Shown here: one piece after another, positions 19,648 through 30,391 of the stretch | Position numbering within the stretch: the stretch's first letter is position 1 | How the letters are laid out: the number at the start of each line of letters is the position of its first letter | IMG/VR virus record: IMGVR_UViG_3300045988_183636 | Length of the DNA: 64,000 bases | DNA from: a virus | Strand: one strand, 5' to 3' | Program-made: the position numbers and the translations under genes | The notes under the pieces: model-generated | The model's database searches: none | What the model saw: the letters and a program-made list of their open reading frames with translations, nothing else | What the model was told of the DNA's origin: nothing

Positions 19648-20493
19648 ATGAGCTATTACAAAGTAAGAAGTGTTGCATTTAAGCGGTCTATTGGAGAAAT
19701 CTATGTTACCTGTGCCGATTCGTCTCTGCGCCCACTCAAGTATTACAGGAGCGAATACGCAGAGAATATTGAGGATTTCGCAGAAAAATGCAAGCTGTTC
19801 TGGGTGGATGTCCTGTCTGGAAATTTCCAGTTTACGAAGAGTAATCAATGGCATTATTATGTTAAGAATGCTTATGCAGAAATGCACCTGATTGCACACA
19901 ACATCGACATTTTCAGCAAGGATTTGGATTACAGAACTAATTTTTATAATGAATTGCAAGAGTATGTTGCAAAAACTTACCTTGTACCTCTTGTAACAAA
20001 GGAAGCAAAACGTATCGATATTGATTTCGAAGCAGATTTTGCCGAGAGATGTCAGAAAAGATGGGATGAGATTGATAAGGAACGTGCCGAAAAGAAGCAG
20101 ATCAGCATCCGTGCAGCTTTGATATCAGATGTATTTCCTGGATGGGATACGCTTTTGAGTAAAAAAGAGAATCGTATCATTGTTGCAAAGAGTCAGAATT
20201 ACGATAATCATGGTTTGCTGGATAATTCAGATAAAACAGCTGTTCTACTACCAGAAGGCAGTGGAAATGATTGGCGCTGGATTGCGTACGCAAATATGGA
20301 AGATCTTCCGGAGATTCTGGAAAAATATCCGCAACTTGTAAGTGCTATCACTGTCGAAGCATCATATCAGTCCGGAGAGCGTGCTGTAATGGATGGCTAT
20401 ACAAAAATCTGCCAGAAACCAGATGGGAAGGCTCTGTATGTAGAAAATAGTAATGGAAAAGTATCCTGGGCAGAGGAAACTGGATATTGCTAG
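19648..20493 (+). CDS. hypothetical protein
   Basis: 281-aa ORF with RBS GAGAGGAAATT. Confidence 0.55.
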   Translation: MSYYKVRSVAFKRSIGEIYVTCADSSLRPLKYYRSEYAENIEDFAEKCKLFWVDVLSGNFQFTKSNQWHYYVKNAYAEMHLIAHNIDIFSKDLDYRTNFYNELQEYVAKTYLVPLVTKEAKRIDIDFEADFAERCQKRWDEIDKERAEKKQISIRAALISDVFPGWDTLLSKKENRIIVAKSQNYDNHGLLDNSDKTAVLLPEGSGNDWRWIAYANMEDLPEILEKYPQLVSAITVEASYQSGERAVMDGYTKICQKPDGKALYVENSNGKVSWAEETGYC

Positions 20494-20507
20494 GAGGTGT
20501 AAGAATC

Positions 20508-20804
20508 ATGCAACAAATTACATCATATAACCAGCTGTTCACTAATATTTCAGAGCATCCAGAATATCCATACATAATCATTGATTTTCTTGTTGTAAAT
20601 GATGAGAAAGTAGATCTTTGGTGTTCGCAGCGTACTTCATCATTATTGAAGATTGGAGAACCAAAGCATCGGCTATTGAGAGGAAAAGTAGCTTATGATA
20701 CCCCGGAAATGAAAAGAATAGGCAGAGAGATAAAGAGAAAACTGCAGAAAGATTTGCGTGGTACTGGTTTTGAAGTGCATAGCAATCTGCGTTTTAGGTT
20801 CTGA
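20508..20804 (+). CDS. hypothetical protein
   Basis: RBS TAGGAGG before MQQITSY. Confidence 0.45.
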   Translation: MQQITSYNQLFTNISEHPEYPYIIIDFLVVNDEKVDLWCSQRTSSLLKIGEPKHRLLRGKVAYDTPEMKRIGREIKRKLQKDLRGTGFEVHSNLRFRF

Positions 20805-20851
20805 CATTTACAGATGGAATTAAGAAGAGTCTTCTGGCTCTTCTTTTTTTT

Positions 20852-20873
20852 ATTGCATATTAAGGGTGTAAAC
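20852..20873 (+). promoter_or_regulatory. class-2 promoter-like motif
   Basis: attgcatattaagggtgtaaac then TGAAAGGAG. Confidence 0.5.
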
Positions 20874-20902
20874 AAAACATATTTGAAAGGAGAATTGAAA
20901 CT

Positions 20903-21397
20903 ATGAAAGAGTACAAAGAATTTAAAGATCAGGATGAAATGTATAAAGTAATTACTTTCTGGAGTAATTGCTGCGGTGACCTGCATCACAACGGGGAATA
21001 CGATGTCAGCGAGGAACAGCTTCCGGAAGAATTGCAAAGGGCATACCGCGAACTGTGGGAAGAAGGCAACGGATGCCTGGAATATCTTCTTGAGTATGGC
21101 GGCAGATATTACGTTGCGTTGTCTGCGGAATTTGATGGCGATTACGCAGATATGCTTGGTCTTTCCATGGACGAACTGTATGCGGTTGGTAAATGCAATG
21201 CACTTAAACTGTATTGCACGGATCTGTTTAAGGATACACTGCTTCTTATGGCAAAAAAGCCGCTAGATGGAGATTGCCACGAATTCATATTCCTGGTTCC
21301 GGCAATGGAGTCGAAGGAAGTTTACGATGAAATCGAGAAGGAAATCAGCGAAAAAATCTGGGATGTCCCGAAGGAAGTTGTGGATAAGAGAAGATAG
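20903..21397 (+). CDS. hypothetical protein
   Basis: 164-aa ORF with RBS. Confidence 0.5.
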   Translation: MKEYKEFKDQDEMYKVITFWSNCCGDLHHNGEYDVSEEQLPEELQRAYRELWEEGNGCLEYLLEYGGRYYVALSAEFDGDYADMLGLSMDELYAVGKCNALKLYCTDLFKDTLLLMAKKPLDGDCHEFIFLVPAMESKEVYDEIEKEISEKIWDVPKEVVDKRR

Positions 21398-21546
21398 CAA
21401 CAAATCACTTAAGGGGGAATGGGAAACCGTTCCTTCTTTTTCTGCCTGCAAGCAGACGATGTATACAGTTTATTTCAAAAATTAAAATATGAGGTTTTTC
21501 AGTATACGGTTGTAAAAATATTTTTAAAAAAACTTTCTAAATTCCT

Positions 21547-21576
21547 TTGACAATTTTCCAGATGGCGCAATATGTG
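21547..21576 (+). promoter_or_regulatory. class-1 promoter (TTGACA variant)
   Basis: ttgacaattttccagatggcgcaatatgtg. Confidence 0.55.
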
Positions 21577-21580
21577 TATT

Positions 21581-21720
21581 GTAAAGGTCATAAACCGGGC
21601 TGCCAGGGTTACCGGCTGGCAGAAATCCTTTCGATATTTGTTTACGCTTCCGGGGAAACCCGGAAAGGAGCAGGAGGACAGCAGCACATGCTGCTTCCGG
21701 GTCCGATTCCCGGATGCTTC
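21581..21720 (+). ncRNA. conserved structured 5' leader, copy A (shared ~95 nt core, then a tRNA-like T-arm minihelix)
   Basis: gtaaaggtcataaaccgggctgccagggttaccggctggcag...tccggggaaacccgga...ccgggtccgattcccgg; near-identical cores at 33143 and 38169. Confidence 0.5.
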
Positions 21721-21787
21721 TTTTACAAGACCGCACGAAGCGGCGCAAAAACCACATAAACATGACAAAATACAGGGAGATTAAAAA

Positions 21788-24091
21788 ATGAATCAGAATA
21801 AGAAGATAGCAGAGAAAAAATCAAGACCATACCAGCAGGAATGCATTGATAAGGTAGACAGCTTAAAAGAAGGAAGATTCCTGATTGCTCTTGCAACAGG
21901 GCTTGGGAAGACATGGATCTTCTCCCACTTTAAGAGATACGGAAGGGTACTTATTCTTTCACACAGGGATGAACTGGTCAACCAGCCGAGACGGTATTTC
22001 GACTGTAGTTTTGGCGTAGAAAAGGCAGAAAACCATTCCAATGGGGAAGAGGTAGTATCTGCGAGTGTTCAGACACTCAGCCATGACTCCCGTCTTAAGC
22101 AGTATAAGCCGGACGATTTCCACACGATCATCATTGATGAGGCGCACCACGCTGCCGCACCATCCTATAAGAAGATCTTAAATTATTTTTCCGGCGCTAA
22201 GCGTGTAATCGGTGTCACGGCAACTCCGAAGCGTGGCGACAACGTCCGGTTAGATGACGTTTTTAACGAGATTATTTATGCAAAGGATCTTCGTTGGGGG
22301 ATTAAAAATAAATATTTAAGTCCGGTGCACTGCCGGGAGGTCCGTGCAAAATATTCCCTGAAAGGCGTAAAAAAATCTATGGGGGATTTTAATGTATCCG
22401 ATTTGGACGGTTGTATTACGGAAGAAGCTGTAATAAGTGTTGCAAAAGTTCTTACAGACTGTCTCCAGGAGAATCGGCATATTCTTATTTATTGTACTAC
22501 TGTCAGAACCTGTAATTTCCTGAAGGCAGTAGTTGACAAACTGCTCCCGGAAAAAGAACGTGGCAGTGTTGCTGTTTTATCAGGGAAAACACAGGAAGAA
22601 GATAGAAAAAATATGCTTGATGGTTTTATGAACGGGAGTGTCCGCGCCATTATTAACTGCATGGTTTTAACAGAAGGTACAGATCTTCCTATTGCGGATA
22701 CCATTATCAACTTCCGGCCGACGTGCAACGCGTCTTTGTATCAGCAGATCATCGGAAGAGGAACCCGGCTCTATGAAGGTAAGGAAAACTGTTTATGCAT
22801 TGATATTCTTCCAGATGATGGCAGCGGGACAAGAAATCTGTGTACAGCTCTTACTCTTTTTGGTATAGATGCAAAACTTCTTGGAAAGAAACAGTCTCGA
22901 ATGCTTGAAGGTGAGATTGATCCGCTTGAGATTAGCGATGAAATTGCAGGACGATTTGCAGAACTTACAAAGGCGTATGAATATCGGTTGGAGCAGGTTA
23001 ATCGCTTTGTGCAGGAGCAGGAAGAAATTATATCTTCTGCGCGGAAGAAACCACATGCAGATTTAAGCGACCTTGCGCATGCAGTAGATAAATATAATTC
23101 AAAGAAAATGGATGAATTCCAAAATGATTATGATTTTCTTGGAATGGATTACTCACTTATGCCGGATACGGAACATCGTTATTGTATCAAACCTACATGG
23201 AATGACCATATTTACCTTGCTGATCCAGATGTTATGGGTAATACAACAGTTACGTTTGATCTTACTGCCAGTGTCGGGAAATATTATATCGGTGAAATGA
23301 AAATGCAGGATGCAATTTCATTTGTTCATGATTTTTGTATGGTATCTCCAGATTATATGAAATATTCCTGGAACGTGGCATTACAAGATGAATGGGGGAA
23401 AATAAAAGCAACTGAAAATCAAATTGGACGTCTTATGAATGAGTATGACGGGTTTCACAAAGGAAATATTAACAAACTTCAAGCATCCAGACTGATTGAT
23501 CTTGCCTCTCGTATTTCGAAGATGAAGGCAGAGGGGAAAATGATGCTTATTACACCAAGAATGCAGGAAAAAACAATTGATAAAAAAAAGAAAATGTTTA
23601 AGGAAATACTCGAAAAGGAACTGAGGGCAAAAGAGCAGGGGCGTAGTGAGTTTGGAGAATTCCAGTCGAAAATCTTTGCTTTGGCAGAAAAAAAGAAAAA
23701 AGACGAAGAGAAATTAAAGAACCAAAAGCCTTTGGAAGAAGAAATGCTCGAAAATGGGGCGATTACAGTTAATATTGCTGTTTTTAGTTCAAAAAAAACA
23801 GCAAGCGATGCGCAGATAAAATTTCTTGGTAATTTAAAAGATAAATTAAAAAACAGAGGAGTGGCTGTCGATAAAAAAATTCCTTATATAGGAATGGGAG
23901 CAGAAGAGGCAAGTGTATATATTACTATATTAAAAACGCTTGTAGATCGTAACGTAGACCTTATAAAATATGGTAAAAAAATTTATTTTAATCCAAATAC
24001 AATCATGAGTGTTGTATTAAAACTAAAGGACACTTCATCCAGAGAAATTAAATGTTGTATCCCGTTCGAAAAAATAGAAGAATTGAGATAA
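21788..24091 (+). CDS. SF2 DEAH-box helicase (ResIII-like) with a long Lys-rich C-terminal extension
   Basis: motif I ALATGLGKT, motif II DEAHH, motif III VTATP, motif VI QIIGRGTR; no HD nuclease domain. Confidence 0.75.
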   Translation: MNQNKKIAEKKSRPYQQECIDKVDSLKEGRFLIALATGLGKTWIFSHFKRYGRVLILSHRDELVNQPRRYFDCSFGVEKAENHSNGEEVVSASVQTLSHDSRLKQYKPDDFHTIIIDEAHHAAAPSYKKILNYFSGAKRVIGVTATPKRGDNVRLDDVFNEIIYAKDLRWGIKNKYLSPVHCREVRAKYSLKGVKKSMGDFNVSDLDGCITEEAVISVAKVLTDCLQENRHILIYCTTVRTCNFLKAVVDKLLPEKERGSVAVLSGKTQEEDRKNMLDGFMNGSVRAIINCMVLTEGTDLPIADTIINFRPTCNASLYQQIIGRGTRLYEGKENCLCIDILPDDGSGTRNLCTALTLFGIDAKLLGKKQSRMLEGEIDPLEISDEIAGRFAELTKAYEYRLEQVNRFVQEQEEIISSARKKPHADLSDLAHAVDKYNSKKMDEFQNDYDFLGMDYSLMPDTEHRYCIKPTWNDHIYLADPDVMGNTTVTFDLTASVGKYYIGEMKMQDAISFVHDFCMVSPDYMKYSWNVALQDEWGKIKATENQIGRLMNEYDGFHKGNINKLQASRLIDLASRISKMKAEGKMMLITPRMQEKTIDKKKKMFKEILEKELRAKEQGRSEFGEFQSKIFALAEKKKKDEEKLKNQKPLEEEMLENGAITVNIAVFSSKKTASDAQIKFLGNLKDKLKNRGVAVDKKIPYIGMGAEEASVYITILKTLVDRNVDLIKYGKKIYFNPNTIMSVVLKLKDTSSREIKCCIPFEKIEELR

Positions 24092-24160
24092 TAATATTAT
24101 ATTAAAATAAAAGTTTGTTACTATGTATAAAAATAAATACAATATTCTTTTAAAATTTTT

Positions 24161-24190
24161 TTGACGTTTGTTTAAATGGCGCAATATTCA
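24161..24190 (+). promoter_or_regulatory. class-1 promoter serving as leader promoter of CRISPR mini-array 1
   Basis: ttgacgtttgtttaaatggcgcaatattca, ~75 nt before the first repeat. Confidence 0.5.
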
Positions 24191-24265
24191 TAACGAAGGA
24201 AGTAAACAGTTAAAAATAATCCCACGGGGATAGAGGTTAGTGAATAGCTTTAAGCCACTGTTATA

Positions 24266-24499
24266 GTTGCACCACGCAAGGGTGCAGGGGTGAAATATTA
24301 TACTGAATCGTCGCTGCCTGCATAGATATAGTTGCATCCCTTATGGGATGTATGGGTTGAAATTCAATAGAAACAGATGCATTCGGAGGTGTTACAAGTT
24401 GCACCCCCGCAAGGGGTGCATGGGTTGAAAATAAGAAATGGTAGGAAGGAATTCAGATATGAACATTAGTTGCATCCCGCAAGGGTGCAGGGGTGAAGT
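24266..24499 (+). CRISPR. CRISPR mini-array 1 (type I-C-like repeats, 4 divergent repeats, 3 spacers)
   Basis: GTTGCACCACGCAAGGGTGCAGGGGTGAAAT / GTTGCATCCCTTATGGGATGTATGGGTTGAAAT / GTTGCACCCCCGCAAGGGGTGCATGGGTTGAAAAT / GTTGCATCCCGCAAGGGTGCAGGGGTGAAGT; spacer 2 is shared with array 4. Confidence 0.7.
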
Positions 24500-24658
24500 A
24501 AAAGGATGTTGCCAGATATGTCAACCAAACTCGACTATTGAATAAATAACCGAGCATGATTCCTTCGGAACTGCTGAATCATGTAGTCTGACTGGTGAAG
24601 CGATGGTATACATATTTGAACAAATTAAACAAAAATACAGAATCAGAGGGAAAATAAT

Positions 24659-25306
24659 ATGTCAAAAACAAAAGGACTATCAAAGAAGAAAAAATTACTA
24701 AAAACGCTCATACATAAATACCTTCCATTGCAGGTACTACTTACTGTCTTTTTGTATGCAGTAATTGTATTTATTAACATTCCAATTAATAAATGGCTTA
24801 CTCTCAACTGTCAGAAATGGTCAAGTGGGGAATATCATTTTTATGATGCATTTTTTATTCTTCCATTTGCTGAACTGTTAATTTTTGCCATTATGTCTGC
24901 CGTTATTTGCGCTGTTTATTATTTTGTCAGTGGAATAATCGCATATAGGAATTACTGTTACATTCCACTTACAGAAGATGAAATCAAGAAAAAAGGATTT
25001 AAAAATGCAGATGAGTATTTTGCTTATGTGTGCAACATGTGTTCTTATGGTTTTAAAAATAATAAAGACTACATTCTTGTTGGTGATGAAGACCTCCAAA
25101 AAATGTTAACTACCTGTCTGCAGGTATTTCCTGATAATGGGACAATTTTTGGAATAAACCGCCATATGGTACGAAATATCATATGGGATCCTGATTTTCT
25201 TTCCGCACTTGCACTAGCCAGTGACCAAAGGGCGGAAATCATCAATGGACGTGTTGTATTGTCTGGCACCACAAAAGATGGTGACAGAAAAGAATATAAG
25301 ATATAA
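24659..25306 (+). CDS. 2-TM membrane protein, array-adjacent paralog family member 1
   Basis: MSKTKG.SKKK..LK...; shares ~45% identity along its full length with the 46072 gene and its N-terminal domain with the 25581 gene. Confidence 0.65.
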   Translation: MSKTKGLSKKKKLLKTLIHKYLPLQVLLTVFLYAVIVFINIPINKWLTLNCQKWSSGEYHFYDAFFILPFAELLIFAIMSAVICAVYYFVSGIIAYRNYCYIPLTEDEIKKKGFKNADEYFAYVCNMCSYGFKNNKDYILVGDEDLQKMLTTCLQVFPDNGTIFGINRHMVRNIIWDPDFLSALALASDQRAEIINGRVVLSGTTKDGDRKEYKI

Positions 25307-25322
25307 AGCAAGGAGATATAAT

Positions 25323-25541
25323 ATGTCAAAGAAAGCATCAGAAACACCGGAGGTGCCATCATATATCCCTCCGGCAAGTGAAAAGGAAAAGATTATAGAA
25401 AAGATCCGAAAAAAAGGAATTGAATGCAAACCGGATGGTACCGGGATTCCAATATTCTACACAAATGACCCGAAAGTAATGGATATGATCCGAAAAGAGA
25501 TCAATGAACGATTTTCGTTCGGGTTTCATATTCGTCCATAG
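25323..25541 (+). CDS. hypothetical small protein
   Basis: RBS AAGGAGAT before ATG 25323. Confidence 0.45.
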   Translation: MSKKASETPEVPSYIPPASEKEKIIEKIRKKGIECKPDGTGIPIFYTNDPKVMDMIRKEINERFSFGFHIRP

Positions 25542-25580
25542 GGAAAATAATAGAAAATAAGATTATAGGAGAAATAGTAC

Positions 25581-25913
25581 ATGTCAAAGAAAAAAATATC
25601 AAAAAAGAAAAATGTATTAAAGGTGTTATGGAATGAGTGTATAACATTCAAGGTGTTAATTTTTATCATAGCATATGTAGTGCTTGCGTTTATTAATATG
25701 CCATTTGAAAAATGGCTCTCACTTTATTTCGAATGGGAAAAATTAAAGGATTATCAAGAAGTATTCATGGAGGAGATAACATTATTAGTAATTCTCCCTC
25801 TCATGGAGATAGCTGCTGTTGCATTAATTTGTTTTATTATCTATGAGTTTTTTTGCTCTGTCAGTAAGATGATTGCATCTGATGAAGTAATTTCGATTGA
25901 AAAGGAAGAATGA
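25581..25913 (+). CDS. membrane protein, N-terminal-domain-only paralog of 24659/46072
   Basis: MSKKKISKKKNVLKVLWNEC.. aligns with the 46072 N-terminus. Confidence 0.55.
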   Translation: MSKKKISKKKNVLKVLWNECITFKVLIFIIAYVVLAFINMPFEKWLSLYFEWEKLKDYQEVFMEEITLLVILPLMEIAAVALICFIIYEFFCSVSKMIASDEVISIEKEE

Positions 25914-25980
25914 TACGAAAAGAACACCGCTATTAGGTCAGAAATAAATAGCAGAGGTTTGCAGATATAAGGAGGATCGG

Positions 25981-26151
25981 AATGTGTACTTTAAAGGATA
26001 AGTTAGTGGAATGTGGAGCATGTGTAGCAGCTGTAATTCTTGTGTTGGCAGTTTGTTATGGACTAAGTTGGATTGTAACATGTGGAGTTATTAAGCTGAT
26101 TACGATGTGTTTTGGATTAACATTTAAGTGGTCCATTGCAACCGGTAAATG
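25981..26151 (+). CDS. possible small membrane protein (56 aa)
   Basis: RBS TAAGGAGGA 6 nt before ATG; two hydrophobic segments; below the ORF-track cutoff. Confidence 0.35.
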
Positions 26152-26408
26152 AGCTATGACAATATTAAATTTTATCATTGAGTGTTGGAAGAATTCTTGC
26201 GACGAAAAAATCAAAAGGAATTATGTTGAATCCCTTGCTAAAGTGGCGGTTTCAGTGGCCATCATTATTATATCTGTTTTATTATATTTGCACATATGAA
26301 ATGTATAACGGAAATGTATATTTTGGGGGAGGAGGGGTAAGTACAAACATAATTTTTAAAAAAGTAGCGCAAAGAAAGAATTCACTAATGCAGAAGGGGC
26401 GTAACAAT

Positions 26409-28231
26409 ATGATCAACGGAGAATTAGTTGTAGATAATTTTGCGGGCGGAGGAGGAGCTTCCACAGGAATTGAACTTGCTACCGGATACAGCGTAGACAT
26501 AGCTATTAACCATGATCCGGAGGCCATTAAGATGCATAAAGTAAATCATCCCAATACAAAACACTATTGTGAAAACGTATGGGAGGTTGATCCAGTAAAA
26601 GCCTGCAAGGGGCACCCTGTCGGTCTTGCATGGTTTTCTCCGGACTGTAAGCATTTTTCCAAGGCCAAGGGGGGAAACCGGTAGAAAAGAATATTCGCGG
26701 TCTTGCGTGGGTTGTGCTTAAATGGGCGGCACTTGTCAGACCAAGAGTTATCATGCTTGAAAATGTGGAAGAATTTCAGACATGGGGACCATGTATTCCT
26801 ATCAGGGATAAAGATACAGGACGCGTTATTGTCAGCATGGTAGGAAGGCATGACAGAGAGAAGAACGAGCCGCGTACGAGGGTTGCAGATCCAGGAGAAG
26901 TTGTTCCTGTGGATCGCCAGATATTCCAACCAGATCCTAAAAGGAGCGGCCAGACATACAAAAAATGGAGAAAGCAGCTAGAAGCACTTGGATATGAGAT
27001 AGATACAAAGGAACTTGTAGCAGCTGATTATGGCGCACCTACTATGAGAAAGAGATTCTTTATGATTGCACGGTGTGATGGCAAGCCGATTGTCTGGCCG
27101 GAACCAACACATGGACCGGCAGATAGTGAAGAGGTAAAGGCAGGACTGTTAAAACCATACGTTGGAGCGTATACGCAATTGGATTTTTCTCTTCCTTGCC
27201 CGAGCATATTTGATACGGCAGAGGAAATCAAAAGGAAATATGGAATACGCGCTGTACGTCCATTGGCGCAGAAAACAATGGATCGAATCGCAAGAGGATT
27301 GAAAAAGTTCGTATTAGACAATCCGGAGCCGTTTATTATCCAATGCAATCATGGTGGAGAGCGTAGACAAAACGACATCAAAGAGCCTTTACCTACTATT
27401 ACTGGAAAACACGGATATGGAATTGTGGAACCTAAGATTGTTCCATATATGGGAACCAATACAACAAATCATCCAGGTGGAAATTGTAAAAATCCTATAC
27501 ATACAATTACAACAGGAAATCAACAGTGCCTTATCAGCCCAACGCTGATTCAGTATCATTCCGAAACATCGAAGGATGAAGTCAGAGGCCAATCGATTGA
27601 AGATCCGATAATGACCGTGGATGGTTCGAACCGATACGGATTGGTCACGTCGTTTCTACATAAATATTATGACGGAGGATACACTGGAGCTGGTGATACT
27701 GTCGAAAATCCGTTACCGACAGTAACATCCTGGGATCATAACAGTCTGTGTGCAGTTAATCTGATCCAAATGAATAATCATTGCGATGGAAGGGACGTGA
27801 AGGAGCCAATTCCAACAATCACAGCAGGCGATGGTCATTTCGGAGAGGTTAGAGCATTTCTGATCAAGTATTATGGTCAGGGAACTGGACAGGATGTTAA
27901 GGAACCTTTGGATACGGTTACATCAAGAGATCGATTTGGTTTAGTTACAATTAATGGTACCGACTATAAGATCGTGGATATCGGATTGAGGATGCTTGAA
28001 CCGAAAGAACTGTATGGATGCCAGGGATTTCCAGATGATTACATCATAGACCGCGATTACACAGGGAAAAAATACCCAAGAAGCGAGCAGGTACGCAGGT
28101 GTGGAAATGCTGTATGTCCTCCGATTCCGGCTGCTCTTGTAAAAGCAAATCTTCCGGAATTATGCGTAGCGAAACGCACTGGGAATATGAAAATTCGTGA
28201 GGAACAGACCGGGCAGCTTAGATTTGCATAA
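26409..28231 (+). pseudogene. multispecific C5-cytosine DNA methyltransferase with tandem target-recognition domains, interrupted by a frameshift at a G6 homopolymer (26670..26675)
   Basis: motif I DNFAGGGGAS and motif IV SPDCKHFS in ORF 26178..26684; RGLAW..RP..IMLENVEEF (motif VI) plus repeated P.PT.T TRD-like modules and motif X GNAV in ORF 26714..28231; the two frames join if the run is G7. Confidence 0.75.
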
Positions 28232-28371
28232 ATTGCATAAATTGCTATACTGTAAAAAGAAAATGTAAATATTGCTATCATTTGTATTTTTATAGACGTT
28301 CATATGCGCAATACATAATTCTTTTTGAAAAAGTAATGAGATGGTAACAAAGAAAAAAGGAGAGTGAAAGA

Positions 28372-28830
28372 GTGGTTCAAAATTTTGAGGCGTATGGAGT
28401 TGAAATTACGGTAGAGAAACCAATTGCTGTATGCGTAGCGTGCTCATTTTGTGTAAACATAGATATGGCGGTGGATAAAAATGTTACTCATTTTTGTGAA
28501 ATTCTTGGGAAAGAAATGACTAATCAAGAAGCTGATAATAAACCTTGTTCAGAATGTCCAATTACATATAGAAATAAAGAGTCTTTAAATGAAAAGAAGG
28601 AGAAAGGAAAAATGTTGATAATAAGTATTGTAATTTTATTTATGGGACTTGTATACATGGGGGCTATTGGAGTTGAAACTTTTTCACGCTCATTAATTTT
28701 TATTATGATTTCCATCGTTGAGCTTTTTCTTATCGTGTATGCGGACCGAAAAGATTTTGAAGAAAAAAGAAAACGTGATCATTCCATAACTCAATATGAT
28801 CCGGATGAAGAAACAATAGAAGAGGATTAA
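28372..28830 (+). CDS. hypothetical membrane protein with a Cys-rich N-terminus
   Basis: 152-aa ORF with RBS AAGGAGAG. Confidence 0.5.
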   Translation: MVQNFEAYGVEITVEKPIAVCVACSFCVNIDMAVDKNVTHFCEILGKEMTNQEADNKPCSECPITYRNKESLNEKKEKGKMLIISIVILFMGLVYMGAIGVETFSRSLIFIMISIVELFLIVYADRKDFEEKRKRDHSITQYDPDEETIEED

Positions 28831-29018
28831 AAAATGGGGGATGAAATTTGCTATTTGCATGCTTCAGAATAGGAAATTAAAAGGATAATGGAGAATAGAA
28901 ATGGGAGTTTTTCAAACAAAAGTATACAAGGAATGTTATCCATTTTCGAGAGAGGTTTTGTACAATACAGAAAAACGGAAATTAATAATTCATTTACTAG
29001 AAAGGTGGTGATATAATT

Positions 29019-29288
29019 ATGCATGAAATAGAAAACAAAATTTTAGAAGAATTGCTTGTTGCACCTTTGTGCATTGTTCAAGACCGGTATGGTGGATGTT
29101 ATTCTGGAGCAGAATATCTGGCATTTAATATGGAACCGTATTTAGTAACAGAATTGGACGTAGATGCAGGTGATATGAGCTGTCGCGATTTTTGGGAATA
29201 CGAAGCGAAAGAGTATATTATTGGAAAAGGAAATACTCCGTTAGAAGCACTATGCGATTTACAAATTAAATTAACTTCAAAGAAGTGA
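29019..29288 (+). CDS. hypothetical small protein
   Basis: RBS AAAGGTGGTG. Confidence 0.45.
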   Translation: MHEIENKILEELLVAPLCIVQDRYGGCYSGAEYLAFNMEPYLVTELDVDAGDMSCRDFWEYEAKEYIIGKGNTPLEALCDLQIKLTSKK

Positions 29289-29482
29289 TTGTGGCAGAAA
29301 GAACGGGTATAAAATGAAAAAGATTCCATGGCTTGTCTTATCTATCAATAACAGCAGAGTACCACTTCCATATGATGCTCCGCATGGGAGTGGTAGTTCA
29401 TAAAAAAGCTTCCATCAATGCTTTTGAAAAGCTATAATTATAACGTGTTATGGTCAAGCTTATAATAAGGAGATGAATAAAT

Positions 29483-29698
29483 ATGTACGGTATATCAAGG
29501 AAAATCCATGAGAGATTCATAAATAGAAAGTCAAAGAAACACGATGAAAAATATACAGTCCCATTTCCTACGGACATTCCAAACCCAAATATCGTGGTTT
29601 TCGGTACTCATGGGAGTGGTAAATGTCGGATGCCTCTTCGCGTTAATGCTCAAATAAAAGAACTGACTACATATGATGGACTGACAGAAAGGAGATAA
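29483..29698 (+). CDS. hypothetical small protein
   Basis: RBS TAAGGAGATG. Confidence 0.45.
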   Translation: MYGISRKIHERFINRKSKKHDEKYTVPFPTDIPNPNIVVFGTHGSGKCRMPLRVNAQIKELTTYDGLTERR

Positions 29699-29700
29699 AT

Positions 29701-30045
29701 ATGGGAACTATTAGAAACAGATTAACGATTGTGAATGATTACAATTTTGATAGAATTACCAACACAAGACAAAATGCGGTTGAATATTTTGGAAAAATCA
29801 TGCGAGATGAATTTGACTTTCCGGATTATGATGTGAACACACAGATGATAAGTCCTATTTTGCCAAGTGTAGTAAACGGCATATACACCTTTGTTATTAT
29901 GGGAGACTGCTCAAAAGACGGATGGGAATTATCTAACGATTTTAAAAAGTACAGAGACGAGTGGATTCGGAAAAATAAGGGTCTAAATATATTGGTTGCA
30001 GACTTTGGAGAGGGAGATGCAGAAGCATATATAAAAGAGTATTAA
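29701..30045 (+). CDS. hypothetical protein
   Basis: start codon abuts the preceding stop; RBS AGGAGAT. Confidence 0.45.
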   Translation: MGTIRNRLTIVNDYNFDRITNTRQNAVEYFGKIMRDEFDFPDYDVNTQMISPILPSVVNGIYTFVIMGDCSKDGWELSNDFKKYRDEWIRKNKGLNILVADFGEGDAEAYIKEY

Positions 30046-30258
30046 TGCCCGTTTACAGTCTATAAAAGACATATTGTATCCAGAATTAAGCAAACAAGCC
30101 GTTTCTTCTCGCCTGTAGAAGGAAGGTTGAACTGGATGAAGATGTGACAGTAGACAACTGGAAGGCTCGTATAGATATTGATGAATTAGAAGCTACATAT
30201 CGGGTCGCAGATTTATATACCGGTTCAATCGAAGCGTGATAGTTAATGTGTAAAGAAA

Positions 30259-30287
30259 GAGTCTTGGAATAAGGCTCTTTTTTTTAT
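30259..30287 (+). terminator. rho-independent terminator
   Basis: agagtcttggaataaggctctttttttt. Confidence 0.6.
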
Positions 30288-30321
30288 TTCAGAAAAATTT
30301 TCAAGAAATTTCTGATTTACT

Positions 30322-30350
30322 TTGACGATTTTTCAAAAGGCGCAATATGT
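30322..30350 (+). promoter_or_regulatory. class-1 promoter
   Basis: ttgacgatttttcaaaaggcgcaatatgt. Confidence 0.6.
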
Positions 30351-30391
30351 GTAATGAAGACGAAAATAAGACGATTTTGGAGGGAGAAAAA

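Noticed and set aside
21581-21690. Assignment of the conserved leader core to a known riboswitch class (preQ1, ZTP, guanidine, fluoride, c-di-GMP and others considered)
   Set aside because: None of the signature sequences of those classes is present, so it is left as an unclassified structured RNA
21788-24091. SF2 helicase upstream of CRISPR mini-array 1 as a candidate Cas3
   Set aside because: It has no HD nuclease domain, begins directly at helicase motif I, has ResIII-type DEAH motifs and a Lys-rich tail, and is not adjacent to the cas5-8-7 operon
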